Shown one piece after another: positions 18,262 to 27,315 of a DNA stretch of 64,000 nt. This DNA comes from a virus, in the IMG/VR virus record IMGVR_UViG_3300020123_000219, positions 1 through 64,000 of that record; one strand, written 5' to 3'. Position 1 is the first letter of the stretch; each line of letters opens with the position of its first letter. The position numbers and the translations under genes are program-made. The notes beneath the pieces are model-generated. The model was not told the DNA's origin, ran no database searches, and saw only the letters and a program-made list of their open reading frames with translations.

Positions 18262-19356
18262 TTGAGCCTCACTGACCGAGTCCGCGACGCCCGCAGCAGC
18301 AACCCCGGAACCGCCGTGGACGTGGTGAAGGAAAAGACCGCGACCATGCGGCACGTCCTGGACTCCATGTCCGGCGAGTTCGCGAAGGCGCTGCCCTCCC
18401 ACATCCCCCCTGCCCTGTTCATCCGCACCACCCTGACCTGCGTGCAGAAGTCGCCGCTGCTGCTGGACTGCACCGCCGAGTCGTTCCTCGGCGCGCTCAT
18501 GTCCTGCGCCACCCTCGGCCTCATGCCCGGCACCAAGGAAGCCGCGCTCGTCCCGTTCGGCAAGACCTGCACCCTGATCCCGCAATGGCAGGGAATGGTC
18601 AAGATGATGTACAACTCCGGGCAGGTCGAGTCCGTCATCGCCGAATTCATCTGCGAGAAAGACGAGTGGGCGTACGTCCCGTCGATGCGGCAGCCCGGCG
18701 ACTTCTTCCACCGGCCCTCGCAGGACGAGGACCGTGGCCATGTCATCCGCGCCTACGCGTTCGCGTGGCTCCTCAACGGGGGCAGGAGCCGCGTCTCCAT
18801 CCTCACCCGCACCCAGGCAGAGGAAATCAGGGACCGGTTCTCCAGGAACTACGCCCGCGCCGAGCAGAACGGCAAGCGGAACTCGACCTGGCACACCGAC
18901 TTCGACGCGATGTGGCGGAAGTCCGCGATCCGCAGGATCTGGGACTACGTCCCGTCGAGCGCGGAGATGCACGCGTTCAACTCCATGGCCGACGAGGACG
19001 GGGAGATCACCAGCACCTATGCCTCCCCCGCCCCGGCCAGGGTGAGCCCGGCTATCCCGGGCGAGGCACCGGGTGAGCTGGACGCTGCCGTGCCAGAGCT
19101 GGCGGAGCTGAACGCAATGTTCGGGACCTATTTCCCCGGTGCCGTTCCAGGTGACATACTCGAAATGAGGTCGGAATTCACCGGACGCGACATCGCGGAC
19201 GTTTCCATGCTAGACGCGGCTGATATAGGTGATATGATGGACGCGTTCAGGACGGCCGAAGCGACCACCGAGTCAGCGGACCCGGCCGAGGTAGCGACCG
19301 CGTTCCGCGAGCTGCTCACCTACGCAGCAGCAGGACCGCCTGAGACCAGGAACTGA
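18262..19356 (+). CDS. recT: RecT-family ssDNA annealing protein
   Basis: ALPSHI...SFLGALMSCATLGLMP...LVPFG and WHTDFDAMWRKSAIRR; YqaJ nearby. Confidence 0.92.
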   Translation: MSLTDRVRDARSSNPGTAVDVVKEKTATMRHVLDSMSGEFAKALPSHIPPALFIRTTLTCVQKSPLLLDCTAESFLGALMSCATLGLMPGTKEAALVPFGKTCTLIPQWQGMVKMMYNSGQVESVIAEFICEKDEWAYVPSMRQPGDFFHRPSQDEDRGHVIRAYAFAWLLNGGRSRVSILTRTQAEEIRDRFSRNYARAEQNGKRNSTWHTDFDAMWRKSAIRRIWDYVPSSAEMHAFNSMADEDGEITSTYASPAPARVSPAIPGEAPGELDAAVPELAELNAMFGTYFPGAVPGDILEMRSEFTGRDIADVSMLDAADIGDMMDAFRTAEATTESADPAEVATAFRELLTYAAAGPPETRN

Positions 19357-19373
19357 AAAGGAACGGGAACCTA

Positions 19374-19928
19374 ATGGCAAGACGCGACTACGTGGCCGAC
19401 ATGACGGCCTACATCAAGGAACGCATCCCTGAAGGGGACTACGTCACGGCCAAGGTGGCGAAGCTGATCTTCGAGCAGGTCAAATCCGACGACCCTGACC
19501 TGCTCAGCGGCTGGCTCATGGCCTGCGGGCCGTCGCTGATCAGCAGGCAGATCGGCCACGCCCGCCTCGCGAGCCACGCGACCGCGCGCCGGTCCCTGAA
19601 GAGGGAACGGTTCGCGGCGGCGGCAGCGGCCTTCAGCCAGGGAAACCCCGAGCCGCTGAAAGATTACCTGGACGAGCTGCAGTACCGCACCGCCGGTAAC
19701 GTGATCAAGAAACTGGGGAACCTGACCAGCGCGGACTGCCGGTTCATCGCGTCGACCTGCCACGAGGCGTCCGCTACCTACAACTTCGAGGCCGTCTTCA
19801 TGGACGCGCTCGCACGCAAGGTACCGGAAGGGGTCGTGCGGGACCACCTCACCGACGAGCAGGTCGCCGAGCTGAGGTCCAACGTGGCTGACGCGATCCA
19901 GCGCAGGTCGGCTGTCATCAGCGCCTGA
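19374..19928 (+). CDS. hypothetical helical protein, upstream neighbour of the RAMP-like gene
   Basis: SD, good coding bias, no family recognised. Confidence 0.75.
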   Translation: MARRDYVADMTAYIKERIPEGDYVTAKVAKLIFEQVKSDDPDLLSGWLMACGPSLISRQIGHARLASHATARRSLKRERFAAAAAAFSQGNPEPLKDYLDELQYRTAGNVIKKLGNLTSADCRFIASTCHEASATYNFEAVFMDALARKVPEGVVRDHLTDEQVAELRSNVADAIQRRSAVISA

Positions 19929-19960
19929 CACGAAACAAGGGAAAAGGAAAGGAAACCGAA

Positions 19961-20833
19961 GTGGCTGTTGCCATTCCCCCGGCCGGGAACGTGTTCAAGG
20001 AATATGACGAGCGCGCATGGCCGTACAAGTTCACCGTCGGATTCCGCATCGGCGCCATCGCCGGCGGCATCCCCTCCGACCCGATGATCGCCGAGTCATG
20101 GATCAAGACGAAGATCGCGGGGAAAAGCGAGGAAGATTACCGGGCCATGGTCGCGCAGACCATGCTGGACCGCAACGTGACCCTCGACGAGGCCGTAGCC
20201 CAGGCCAACATCATGAAGAACCTGAACGGGTTCAAGCGGGACACCGAGCTGGGCATGTACATCGAGGGCCGGCAGGTCAAGGCAGCGATGAAGGAAGCAG
20301 TGTCCGTTGCCTGCGCGTCCCCGGAGAACAAGCTGGACATCAGGTCATGGGGCAACACCCGCAAGTACCTGACCAACTACCTCCCCGAGCACGTGTTCGT
20401 CGACGACCTGCGGGTCTACCTGTTCCACGCCTCCGACCACCCCCGCGAGGGCTGCGCCTCGGACTGCGAGGACTGCAAGGAAGGACGCGTGTACAAGGCA
20501 GGCGACCCGTTCCACGAGAAGACCCGGGTGATGCAGACCTTCCCGGTGAACGAGAAGACCCGCCAGTCAGGCATCCAGTACACCGAAGTGTGCGAGGACG
20601 TGTACATCGAGTTCACGGTCCGCACCGACCACCCGTTCACCTACGAAGAGTGGGCGATGATCTGGCTGACCGGCCAGTACCAGGGCGTCGGCGCGCTGCG
20701 GGCGATGGGCATGGGCGTCTACGAGCCCGTCAAGTTCACGCAGATCCGGGGACCGGCCATCAAGAAGGCCGGCAAGTCCGGCGGCCCCAAGAAAAAGGAA
20801 GCCGCAGGCGCAGGCGAGGATGAAGAAGACTGA
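19961..20833 (+). CDS. RAMP / Cas7 (Csm3)-like RNA-binding protein
   Basis: N-terminal strand + AIAGG; MYIEGRQVKAAMKEA resembles xIPGSSxKGxxR; C-terminal G-rich loop GVGALRAMGMG; HxxxxCxxxCxxC insertion. Confidence 0.7.
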   Translation: MAVAIPPAGNVFKEYDERAWPYKFTVGFRIGAIAGGIPSDPMIAESWIKTKIAGKSEEDYRAMVAQTMLDRNVTLDEAVAQANIMKNLNGFKRDTELGMYIEGRQVKAAMKEAVSVACASPENKLDIRSWGNTRKYLTNYLPEHVFVDDLRVYLFHASDHPREGCASDCEDCKEGRVYKAGDPFHEKTRVMQTFPVNEKTRQSGIQYTEVCEDVYIEFTVRTDHPFTYEEWAMIWLTGQYQGVGALRAMGMGVYEPVKFTQIRGPAIKKAGKSGGPKKKEAAGAGEDEED

Positions 20834-21069
20834 CCCGCCGCCCCGGCAGTCCTGCGGGTACCTGACCGGGATCATGCTGCACAGGGTGCACGGCGAGAAG
20901 CTGTGCGCCCTGTGCAGGGCACGCGCCGGGGACACTACCCCCGACCCCCCGCCGCCCCCGCAGCTCCCCCCCGACGCGCATGTCCCGCACCGCCGCCGCG
21001 CCATCATCGTCCGCGACACTCCCACGGCTGAAAGGATCATCCCCGTAGGGAAAGGACCCGGGAAAAGAG

Positions 21070-21702
21070 GTGACTATGGTTTCCCCAGCATTTTCTGAGG
21101 CTTCACCGGCATTGTCAGATACCTTCCCGCGCTCGCGGTCGCAGGTGCGCCGCCTCGCCGTGATGGACGGCGAAGACCCCGACGAGGCGGTAGCGGACTT
21201 CATCGCCGCGCAGCTGGACCGGCTGTCCCTGCCCGTGCTGTGCTGGGACCTGGACTCCACCATCGCCGACACCCTGCACCGCCAGCCCATGATCGCGAAG
21301 ATCAAGGCAGGGGAAAGCACGTGGGATGACTACTCACTGGCCTGTACGGACGACAAGCTCATCCCCGGCACCGCCTGGCTCATGGACATGCTCAGGGAAC
21401 GGCACCGGCACTTCATCATCACCGGCCGGTCCGAGATCGCCAGGGAACTGACCACCGAATGGCTCGGGATACGGGGCGTGCCCTGGGACCGGCTCATCAT
21501 GCGCAGGCAGGGCGACCACCGTCCCAACGCGGAACTGAAGATCGCGATCCTCCGCGCACTCAAGACAGAGAGCGTCCCTGTCGCCGGGTTCTTCGAGGAC
21601 TGGCCCGAAGCTGCGGCCAGGATCAGGTCCGAGTTCCCGTCCCTGCCCGTCGTGGTGCTCAACCCCTGCTACCCAGCAGGCGCCCCCCACGCCAACGCGT
21701 AG
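21070..21702 (+). CDS. HAD-family (PNKP-like) phosphatase
   Basis: WDLDSTIAD motif I, ITGR motif II, K, FFED motif IV. Confidence 0.85.
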   Translation: MTMVSPAFSEASPALSDTFPRSRSQVRRLAVMDGEDPDEAVADFIAAQLDRLSLPVLCWDLDSTIADTLHRQPMIAKIKAGESTWDDYSLACTDDKLIPGTAWLMDMLRERHRHFIITGRSEIARELTTEWLGIRGVPWDRLIMRRQGDHRPNAELKIAILRALKTESVPVAGFFEDWPEAAARIRSEFPSLPVVVLNPCYPAGAPHANA

Positions 21703-21711
21703 CATGTAAAC

Positions 21712-22122
21712 GTGGCTGTTGAGAACCACGCCGGGGCGGGCGCAGAGTTCCCGGCCACCGCCCGGGTTCCCGCCTCGCACGGGGGAACCCGGGCACCACG
21801 ACGCAGGCCCGAAGAAGAGTTCGCGGAGAAAATCCGTGCCCTCATCAAGATGAAACCGTCCCTGAAAGCCTTCCACGCCCGCGACTCGCGCATGTCCTGG
21901 GGGCCTGGCTTTCCCGACCTGGTAATCGCAGGCCCTGCAGGGGTCCTTTTCCGTGAGCTGAAAGCCGGAACCAGGCTCAGCCCGAACCAGAAAGCATGGA
22001 TCGCTTTGCTGGAACAAGCCAAAGCAGACGTGGAAGTGTGGACGCCGGCGGACCTGCAATCCGGCAGGATATGGGCACAGCTTAACGCGATATCGTTCAC
22101 GTTCCCCCCGATCGTGCTGTGA
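21712..22122 (+). CDS. VRR-NUC domain nuclease
   Basis: PGFPDLVI...FRELK...LSPNQKAW. Confidence 0.88.
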   Translation: MAVENHAGAGAEFPATARVPASHGGTRAPRRRPEEEFAEKIRALIKMKPSLKAFHARDSRMSWGPGFPDLVIAGPAGVLFRELKAGTRLSPNQKAWIALLEQAKADVEVWTPADLQSGRIWAQLNAISFTFPPIVL

Positions 22123-22468
22123 GCGGGCTGCAGTGCGGTTTCCCGGCGTCCCCGCAGCACGCGAAACCGCAGGAAATCGTATTCGGCCCGATCGGCGGCA
22201 GCTCCCGCAAGATAACGCCTGACGGCTGGCACAGGATCGTCCCCGGATACGAGGGAAAGCTCACTGCCCTCGGCCTGGGTGCCCCCGCATTCGCCTGGAT
22301 AGATGCACGGCCCGAACGGCAAGGAGAATGAACGATGGCGCCGAAACCGCCAAGGCCCGCGCTTCCGGGCTGCACCCGCTGCGGGAGGCAGCACCGGACC
22401 GGCCAGGTGTGCCCCCTTCCCAAGCCTCCCCCGCCGCCCGACCAGCTGCCTGATCCCGATCCGCAGGA

Positions 22469-22714
22469 ATGAGCGCGTCACCCCGGCTGCCGTACGGATG
22501 GGGAAGCTGGGCGGTAACCGCCCGGTTCATGACCGACGCCACAGGGGAACAGTGGACGCGGCAGCGCATCTACTCGGCGTGGTCACGGCGGCGGGTCAAC
22601 GGGTTCCCTGAGCTGTGCGACGTGCGCGGCGTGCCCGCGTTCCGGATGGAAGATGTCCTGACCTGGTACTATGCGAGGAAAAGGAACGGAAGGAAACGGC
22701 ATGTCCCTGACTGA
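22469..22714 (+). CDS. small winged-helix-like DNA-binding protein
   Basis: WTRQRIYSAWSRR...FPE...FRMEDVLTWY resembles Xis/AlpA-type HTH. Confidence 0.55.
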   Translation: MSASPRLPYGWGSWAVTARFMTDATGEQWTRQRIYSAWSRRRVNGFPELCDVRGVPAFRMEDVLTWYYARKRNGRKRHVPD

Positions 22715-23015
22715 TGCTGAGAGGATCATCCTCATCGCCACCGAGGCGGCAGCATCGTCGGTCGCGGGACAGATGCTCCTGCCCCTCGCCCTGCACATGG
22801 CCGACGAGTACCGCCTGGCCCTGCCCGACCTGGATGACGTGACCATCTCCCGGGTCCTCATCCAGGTGTGCGGCAAGCTCGCGGCCCTGTCCGTGCACAT
22901 GGGCATGGGATCGTTCTGGAACACGTTCCCCCCTGCCGACCTGGCCGGCAACCTCGCTATCGCGTTCGGCACGGCGGCACGCGACCTGGCAGGATTCGAG
23001 CTAGACATCCCCTGA
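22701..23015 (+). CDS. hypothetical protein
   Basis: SD GAAGGA, helical ORF. Confidence 0.55.
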   Translation: MSLTDAERIILIATEAAASSVAGQMLLPLALHMADEYRLALPDLDDVTISRVLIQVCGKLAALSVHMGMGSFWNTFPPADLAGNLAIAFGTAARDLAGFELDIP

Positions 23016-23030
23016 CCCTGTTGGAGTTGA

Positions 23031-23246
23031 GTGGCCCAGCCCGAGATCACCATCGAGAAGATCCAGCACCTGCTGGAAGGCGCGGACGCGCAGGGACGCA
23101 ACTTCAACCAGCCGGTCCAGGACCTGTACATCGGCAAGGCACTGGTGTCCGCGCTGCTGCTGATCGCGCAGGAGCTTGACCAGATCGCGGACTGCCTCGC
23201 GGTGCTGGCGAAGCTGAAGGAACCCGGCGAAGCGGCGATCACATGA
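23031..23246 (+). CDS. hypothetical protein
   Basis: GGAG SD, coupled to the next gene. Confidence 0.55.
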   Translation: MAQPEITIEKIQHLLEGADAQGRNFNQPVQDLYIGKALVSALLLIAQELDQIADCLAVLAKLKEPGEAAIT

Positions 23247-23857
23247 CGGCACCGCTGAGCGAGGCCCTCGCTGACGCAGCATCGGCGCTGGAGACAGCCC
23301 TGGGCCAGCTGGAACGCGAGATCGCCGAGCCACGCAGCCCGGTGCCGGGAATGCCGCACGGCAGCTCAGGGTCGCGTCCGCCATGGAACAGCCCGGTCGC
23401 CTGCGCGCTGACCACCATCCACGCAGGCGTGCGGGAGCTGGAAACAGACCTGCGGTACCGCCTGTCCGGGGCCTGCCGTGACGGCCGGGGGGGCAGCGAC
23501 GCGAACACCCTGCTCGCGGTCCGGGCAGTGCTGTCGATGTGCCACGGAGCGGACTACAAGGCCCAGTCCGGGGTGATCCGCAAGTTCACGTCATGGGAAT
23601 GGCAGGCCCGCATCGCGCTGGGCGAGGCCGAGCAGCCGCAGCGGCTCCCCCGCAAGCCCGGCCAGCCTGAGCCTGCCTGCCCGTACTGCCTGTTCACCAC
23701 GCTGCGGATGCGCCCGCTGAAAGGCGAGATCCGCTGCGTGTACCCGCAGTGCCGGGACCGGGACGGCAACCCGCCGGTCGCCCACATCGAGTACGGCCGG
23801 TACGCCTGCGAATGGCAGCTGGTATGGAACGACTCCACTACCGGGCTCGTCGCATGA
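23243..23857 (+). CDS. actinophage protein with zinc ribbon (possible transcription regulator)
   Basis: SRPPWN and CPYC...CVYPQC; followed by an HTH gene. Confidence 0.7.
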   Translation: MTAPLSEALADAASALETALGQLEREIAEPRSPVPGMPHGSSGSRPPWNSPVACALTTIHAGVRELETDLRYRLSGACRDGRGGSDANTLLAVRAVLSMCHGADYKAQSGVIRKFTSWEWQARIALGEAEQPQRLPRKPGQPEPACPYCLFTTLRMRPLKGEIRCVYPQCRDRDGNPPVAHIEYGRYACEWQLVWNDSTTGLVA

Positions 23858-24114
23858 CCCTGCCAGCGCTCGGCGACGACAGCCGGTACTGGACAGCGGC
23901 GCAGGCAGCGGCGCTGCTCGGCCCGCCGGAGCTGACGGTGACCCAGGTCCGGCAGCTGATCCGGCTGACCTCCATCGAGCCTGCGGGCCGCCGGAAGCCG
24001 GGGCCACGGTCCCGGGGCCGGTGGCCGGCGGTGTACCCGGCTGAGGACCTGATCCGGGCCTATGATGCGGTCTACCGGGCGAGCCTGGCCCGTGGTACCC
24101 TGACCGCATCCTGA
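23854..24114 (+). CDS. small HTH DNA-binding protein
   Basis: WTAAQAAALL...QVRQLIR...VYPAEDL. Confidence 0.6.
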   Translation: MTLPALGDDSRYWTAAQAAALLGPPELTVTQVRQLIRLTSIEPAGRRKPGPRSRGRWPAVYPAEDLIRAYDAVYRASLARGTLTAS

Positions 24115-24189
24115 TAGGAACACTGAAAGGAACCCTGATGTGCAATATCGGCCAGCCTCTCCGCGAGTACGTCATGACCGGCGTCCCCG

Positions 24190-25131
24190 GTGAGCCGCCG
24201 CTTCCGGACACGGCGCCTGTTCAGCCGGCTGTTCCAGCCGCCAGCTGCACTGCCAGCGACACCCAGCCTGACGCAGCCCCGGTACCTGTGGGGGCTTGAG
24301 GCTACGGTCAGCCCCCGGATCGCCCCCGCTGTCCTGTACGTGCAGCACCACGGAACGGTCAGGGCCGTGCCTGTCTCTGCTTTCTCTGACTTCACCTGGA
24401 CGTACTCGTCATCGACGCCATATCCCCGGCCGCCGGTAACGCCGTTCAGCGTGCTGTCGCCATCGCTCGGCCTCCCCGCCCTGCCGCTCGCGCAGCCGCA
24501 CCCGGTGCCCCGGGTCGCGCAGCCGCGACCCGGGGTGATACGGGCGCAGAAGACCGCGCGGCTCACCCCGGACCGGGGCGCCCCGTTCCGGGGCAGCGGC
24601 GTGTACATACGGTACGGCGCCAAGGATACCGCGCAGTGCTGCGGGTTCTCCGCCCGGTCGTACCGGGGCGGGGAGGCGCCGGATGACAAGGGGGCGCATG
24701 AGGCCCCGCACCCGGACTGCTCGTGCGGGTTCCACGCCCACCTCCACGGCCCGCGCCTGGACTGCTGCGGGCGGTACGCGTGGCTGCTGGACGTGGAGCT
24801 TCACGGCAGGATCATCGAGCACGCGGACGGGTACCGCGCGCAGTGCCAGCGGGTCATTTCCGTGACACCGTCACGGAAATGCTGCGCCTCATCCGGTTGC
24901 TTGCTCGATGCCACTGTGTACGCGCTGCGAGACGGGTACATCCTCCCGTGCTGCGTGAGGTGCCTGCAGGCACCCGTGACTGTGTGGCGCCGCCAGGTCC
25001 CCATGCCGTGGCAATGGATGTACGGGAGCCAGCCCGATTCCCCGGTCGCTTACACGTACATGACTGCGGTCAGCGCGGACACGGTCCGTGACCTGGTTGC
25101 GCCCGCGCTGCTGAAACCCCCGGTGGAATGA
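24190..25131 (+). CDS. hypothetical Cys/His-rich protein
   Basis: HEAPHPDCSCGFHA and VELHGRIIEHADGYRA; start uncertain. Confidence 0.6.
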   Translation: MSRRFRTRRLFSRLFQPPAALPATPSLTQPRYLWGLEATVSPRIAPAVLYVQHHGTVRAVPVSAFSDFTWTYSSSTPYPRPPVTPFSVLSPSLGLPALPLAQPHPVPRVAQPRPGVIRAQKTARLTPDRGAPFRGSGVYIRYGAKDTAQCCGFSARSYRGGEAPDDKGAHEAPHPDCSCGFHAHLHGPRLDCCGRYAWLLDVELHGRIIEHADGYRAQCQRVISVTPSRKCCASSGCLLDATVYALRDGYILPCCVRCLQAPVTVWRRQVPMPWQWMYGSQPDSPVAYTYMTAVSADTVRDLVAPALLKPPVE

Positions 25132-25179
25132 GAATGTGCCCCTCCCCCCGGTTCGGGCGGGGGGAGGGGCACATTCTCA
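25129..25179. terminator. bidirectional terminator-like inverted repeat
   Basis: 22-bp perfect stem tgagaatgtgcccctccccccg / cggggggaggggcacattctca where the + and - operons converge. Confidence 0.8.
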
Positions 25180-25209
25180 AGGGGAGGGCTACGGGGTTCA
25201 CGTCATAGG

Positions 25210-25617
25210 TCAGGGCACATCACCCCCGTTCAGCTTCCGGTGGATCTCGTCCAGCTTCGCGGCGTGGGCCGAGTGCTGGGAGTCCAGTTTCTCGTGCAGC
25301 TTCGCGGTCTCGTTCTTCACGTGAGCCTCGGTGAGCCCGGAGGTGAAGAACGAGATCACCGCACCGAACAGGGGGATGAGGACGAGCAGCACGACCGTGT
25401 TGCACACGTACCCGGCTGTGTTGGTAGGGGGAACGTCCCCGCCGAATGTCTCCGCGTTCGCGAGGATCACGTACAGGCCGTGCCAGAACGGGATGCGTTC
25501 CGCGACCGCGAACCCGGCCGAATCAGCGAGAAGCACCAGCAGGCACACGGCGATCACCTTCACGGCCCGGCGCCTGCCGTCATTATCCGGGAGCAACCCC
25601 ACGGCCTGCCTCCTCAT
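25210..25617 (-). CDS. two-TM potassium-channel-like (Ion_trans_2) protein with degenerate filter
   Basis: TM1, FWHGLY pore helix, TFGGDVPPTNTAG, TM2, coiled coil; KcsA-like layout. Confidence 0.6.
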   Translation of the reverse strand: MRRQAVGLLPDNDGRRRAVKVIAVCLLVLLADSAGFAVAERIPFWHGLYVILANAETFGGDVPPTNTAGYVCNTVVLLVLIPLFGAVISFFTSGLTEAHVKNETAKLHEKLDSQHSAHAAKLDEIHRKLNGGDVP

Positions 25618-25902
25618 CAGCCTGCTACCCTCGCTGCATGACCCGTTCACGGAACAGTACGGGTCCGCGCACGCGGGCCTGCAGATGACCGCCACGGCCC
25701 GCCGCACCGTGGACACGCGGGCGCTGGCCGCAGCGATCGACCGGAAGCGCAAGCGTCACCACCTGTCGTGGCGGCAGGCCCTCACGCAGATCACCGGCTC
25801 CCCGTCGGGGTCACTGAGAGCCAGGATGGAAGCCGGGCAGCCCGTGTCCGGCGACATGGTCGGCGCTATCATGATCTGGCTCGGTCACACAGACATGAAA
25901 CC

Positions 25903-26322
25903 CTACCTGCTGCCGTTCACCCGTAACCGTTTCCGCCCGTTACCCTTCGCCACAGGGCAGCCCACGTCCGGGGCCAGCTGGCTGAGTTTCTCGTGGAGCC
26001 GCTGCTCGAACGCCCGCGACGGGTTCGTGGCCGGGTTCCCCGGTGGCGGCCGGAGCTGCACCAGCCCGTCCAGCGTCTGGCAGAGCTTGCGTTCCACGAT
26101 CCTGCCCTGCTGTTCCTGCACCTGCTGCTGGCGGCGCTGCGCAGCCTGGTAGCTGACGCTGTCCACGATCACGCCGATGACGGCAGCAACCGCGATCAGC
26201 GACGGCAGCAGGAACAAGACGACCAGCGCCCTGCTGACCTGGGGCGACAGCCTGGCGTCGCCCTTGTCGCCCTTCGGCCCCTTCGGTCCCTGCGGCCCGA
26301 GCCTATTCGCTATGCTGCTCAC
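25903..26322 (-). CDS. membrane protein with short collagen repeat (lysis-cassette-like)
   Basis: GPQGPKGPKGDKGD, TM helix, coiled coil with two Cys. Confidence 0.6.
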   Translation of the reverse strand: MSSIANRLGPQGPKGPKGDKGDARLSPQVSRALVVLFLLPSLIAVAAVIGVIVDSVSYQAAQRRQQQVQEQQGRIVERKLCQTLDGLVQLRPPPGNPATNPSRAFEQRLHEKLSQLAPDVGCPVAKGNGRKRLRVNGSR

Positions 26323-26590
26323 CAGATCCCCCTCGCATAGGTGATGATGGCTGTGACCCATGCTGCTGCGATGACTGCGACAATGAGTCGGCTGCGGAAG
26401 ACGGCAAGATCGCCTTCACGTGCTCCGCGATCGACGGCACCGTGAACGCGAGCGCTACCCCGAGGACCCCTTCCCAGTCTGGTCCTGGCGCGAACGTTTC
26501 CTTGAAAACCAGGAATATGCCGGTGCCGGTGAGGACCACATCCCTGATCAGCGCCCATGTGCGCCTGAGCAGCAGTTCCCAGGGCTTCAC
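26303..26590 (-). CDS. putative holin-like two-TM protein
   Basis: Two hydrophobic helices at the end of the tail operon. Confidence 0.5.
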   Translation of the reverse strand: MKPWELLLRRTWALIRDVVLTGTGIFLVFKETFAPGPDWEGVLGVALAFTVPSIAEHVKAILPSSAADSLSQSSQQHGSQPSSPMRGGSGEQHSE

Positions 26591-26784
26591 CGCTCTCCCC
26601 CCCGTATGTGGCGCTTGCCGGTGGCTGGACAGGCAGTTCTGCGGGCTGGTACGTCAGGTAGGGAAGGACCGCCAGGCCGGAGCAGGTGACCATCCCGAGA
26701 ACCGGGGCCAGCGAATCCCAGGTGACGGGCTCGCGCGCCGTCAGGGCATGCGCGACGATCGGGAGGAACAGCATGCAGGGCTCC

Positions 26785-27315
26785 CTACTGGCTGATGAGT
26801 ATGATCCCGAGCTGCGAGTACCGCCCGATGCTGGTCGTGTCCGTCGGCGTGCTCCCAGCCGACGGGGTGGCCTGCACCGTGATGTAGTCCTGGCCCCCGA
26901 TCAGGAACACCTGCGCCCACGCGGACGCGCCTCCCGACGTGCCCCCGGCCAGCGTCACCTGGTTCGTGGTGTACGACACCGACCCGTTGACCGTGATGGC
27001 GAGCTGCAGGTTGACGGCGGTGGTGTTGATTGACACGAACGCCTCAGCCTGGTACCAGGCATCGAATGGCGGCGTCCACGAGTTCGCGGGCATCCCGGTC
27101 GCGTTCCACCCGCTGTACGGGTCTTCGAGCACCGCGTCGTACTGCACGGTGTTCACCGACCCGGTCAGGGTCTGGGTGACTGTCTGCTGGGCGCGGAACA
27201 CCACCCCGGCTGTCTGGAATCCTGCCGGCGCGGTGACCCAGCCGGCGAAATCAGCTGGCAGGGGGTTGAGCCCGGCGGTGAACACGGGGATCTCGGGGGG
27301 CTGCAGCAGCGTCAA
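26785..27315 (-). CDS. minor tail protein
   Basis: Beta-rich C1q/TNF-like pattern (FRAQQTVTQT...DPYSGW). Confidence 0.7.
   Translation of the reverse strand: MTLLQPPEIPVFTAGLNPLPADFAGWVTAPAGFQTAGVVFRAQQTVTQTLTGSVNTVQYDAVLEDPYSGWNATGMPANSWTPPFDAWYQAEAFVSINTTAVNLQLAITVNGSVSYTTNQVTLAGGTSGGASAWAQVFLIGGQDYITVQATPSAGSTPTDTTSIGRYSQLGIILISQ

Noticed and set aside
819-19955. Recurrent GGGAAAGGAAA motif
   Set aside because: In the cases checked it lies just upstream of start codons; it is an extended Shine-Dalgarno sequence, not a separate repeat system.
20940-21020. CGAC spaced 30 nt apart just downstream of the RAMP-like gene
   Set aside because: No leader hairpin, weak pentamer phase, and explained by a Pro-rich small ORF.
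25685-26152. Possible + strand HTH gene (MTATARRTVDTRALAAAIDRKR...)
   Set aside because: The N-terminal part is plausible, but the frame overlaps a convincing minus-strand gene by ~250 nt and its boundaries cannot be supported.
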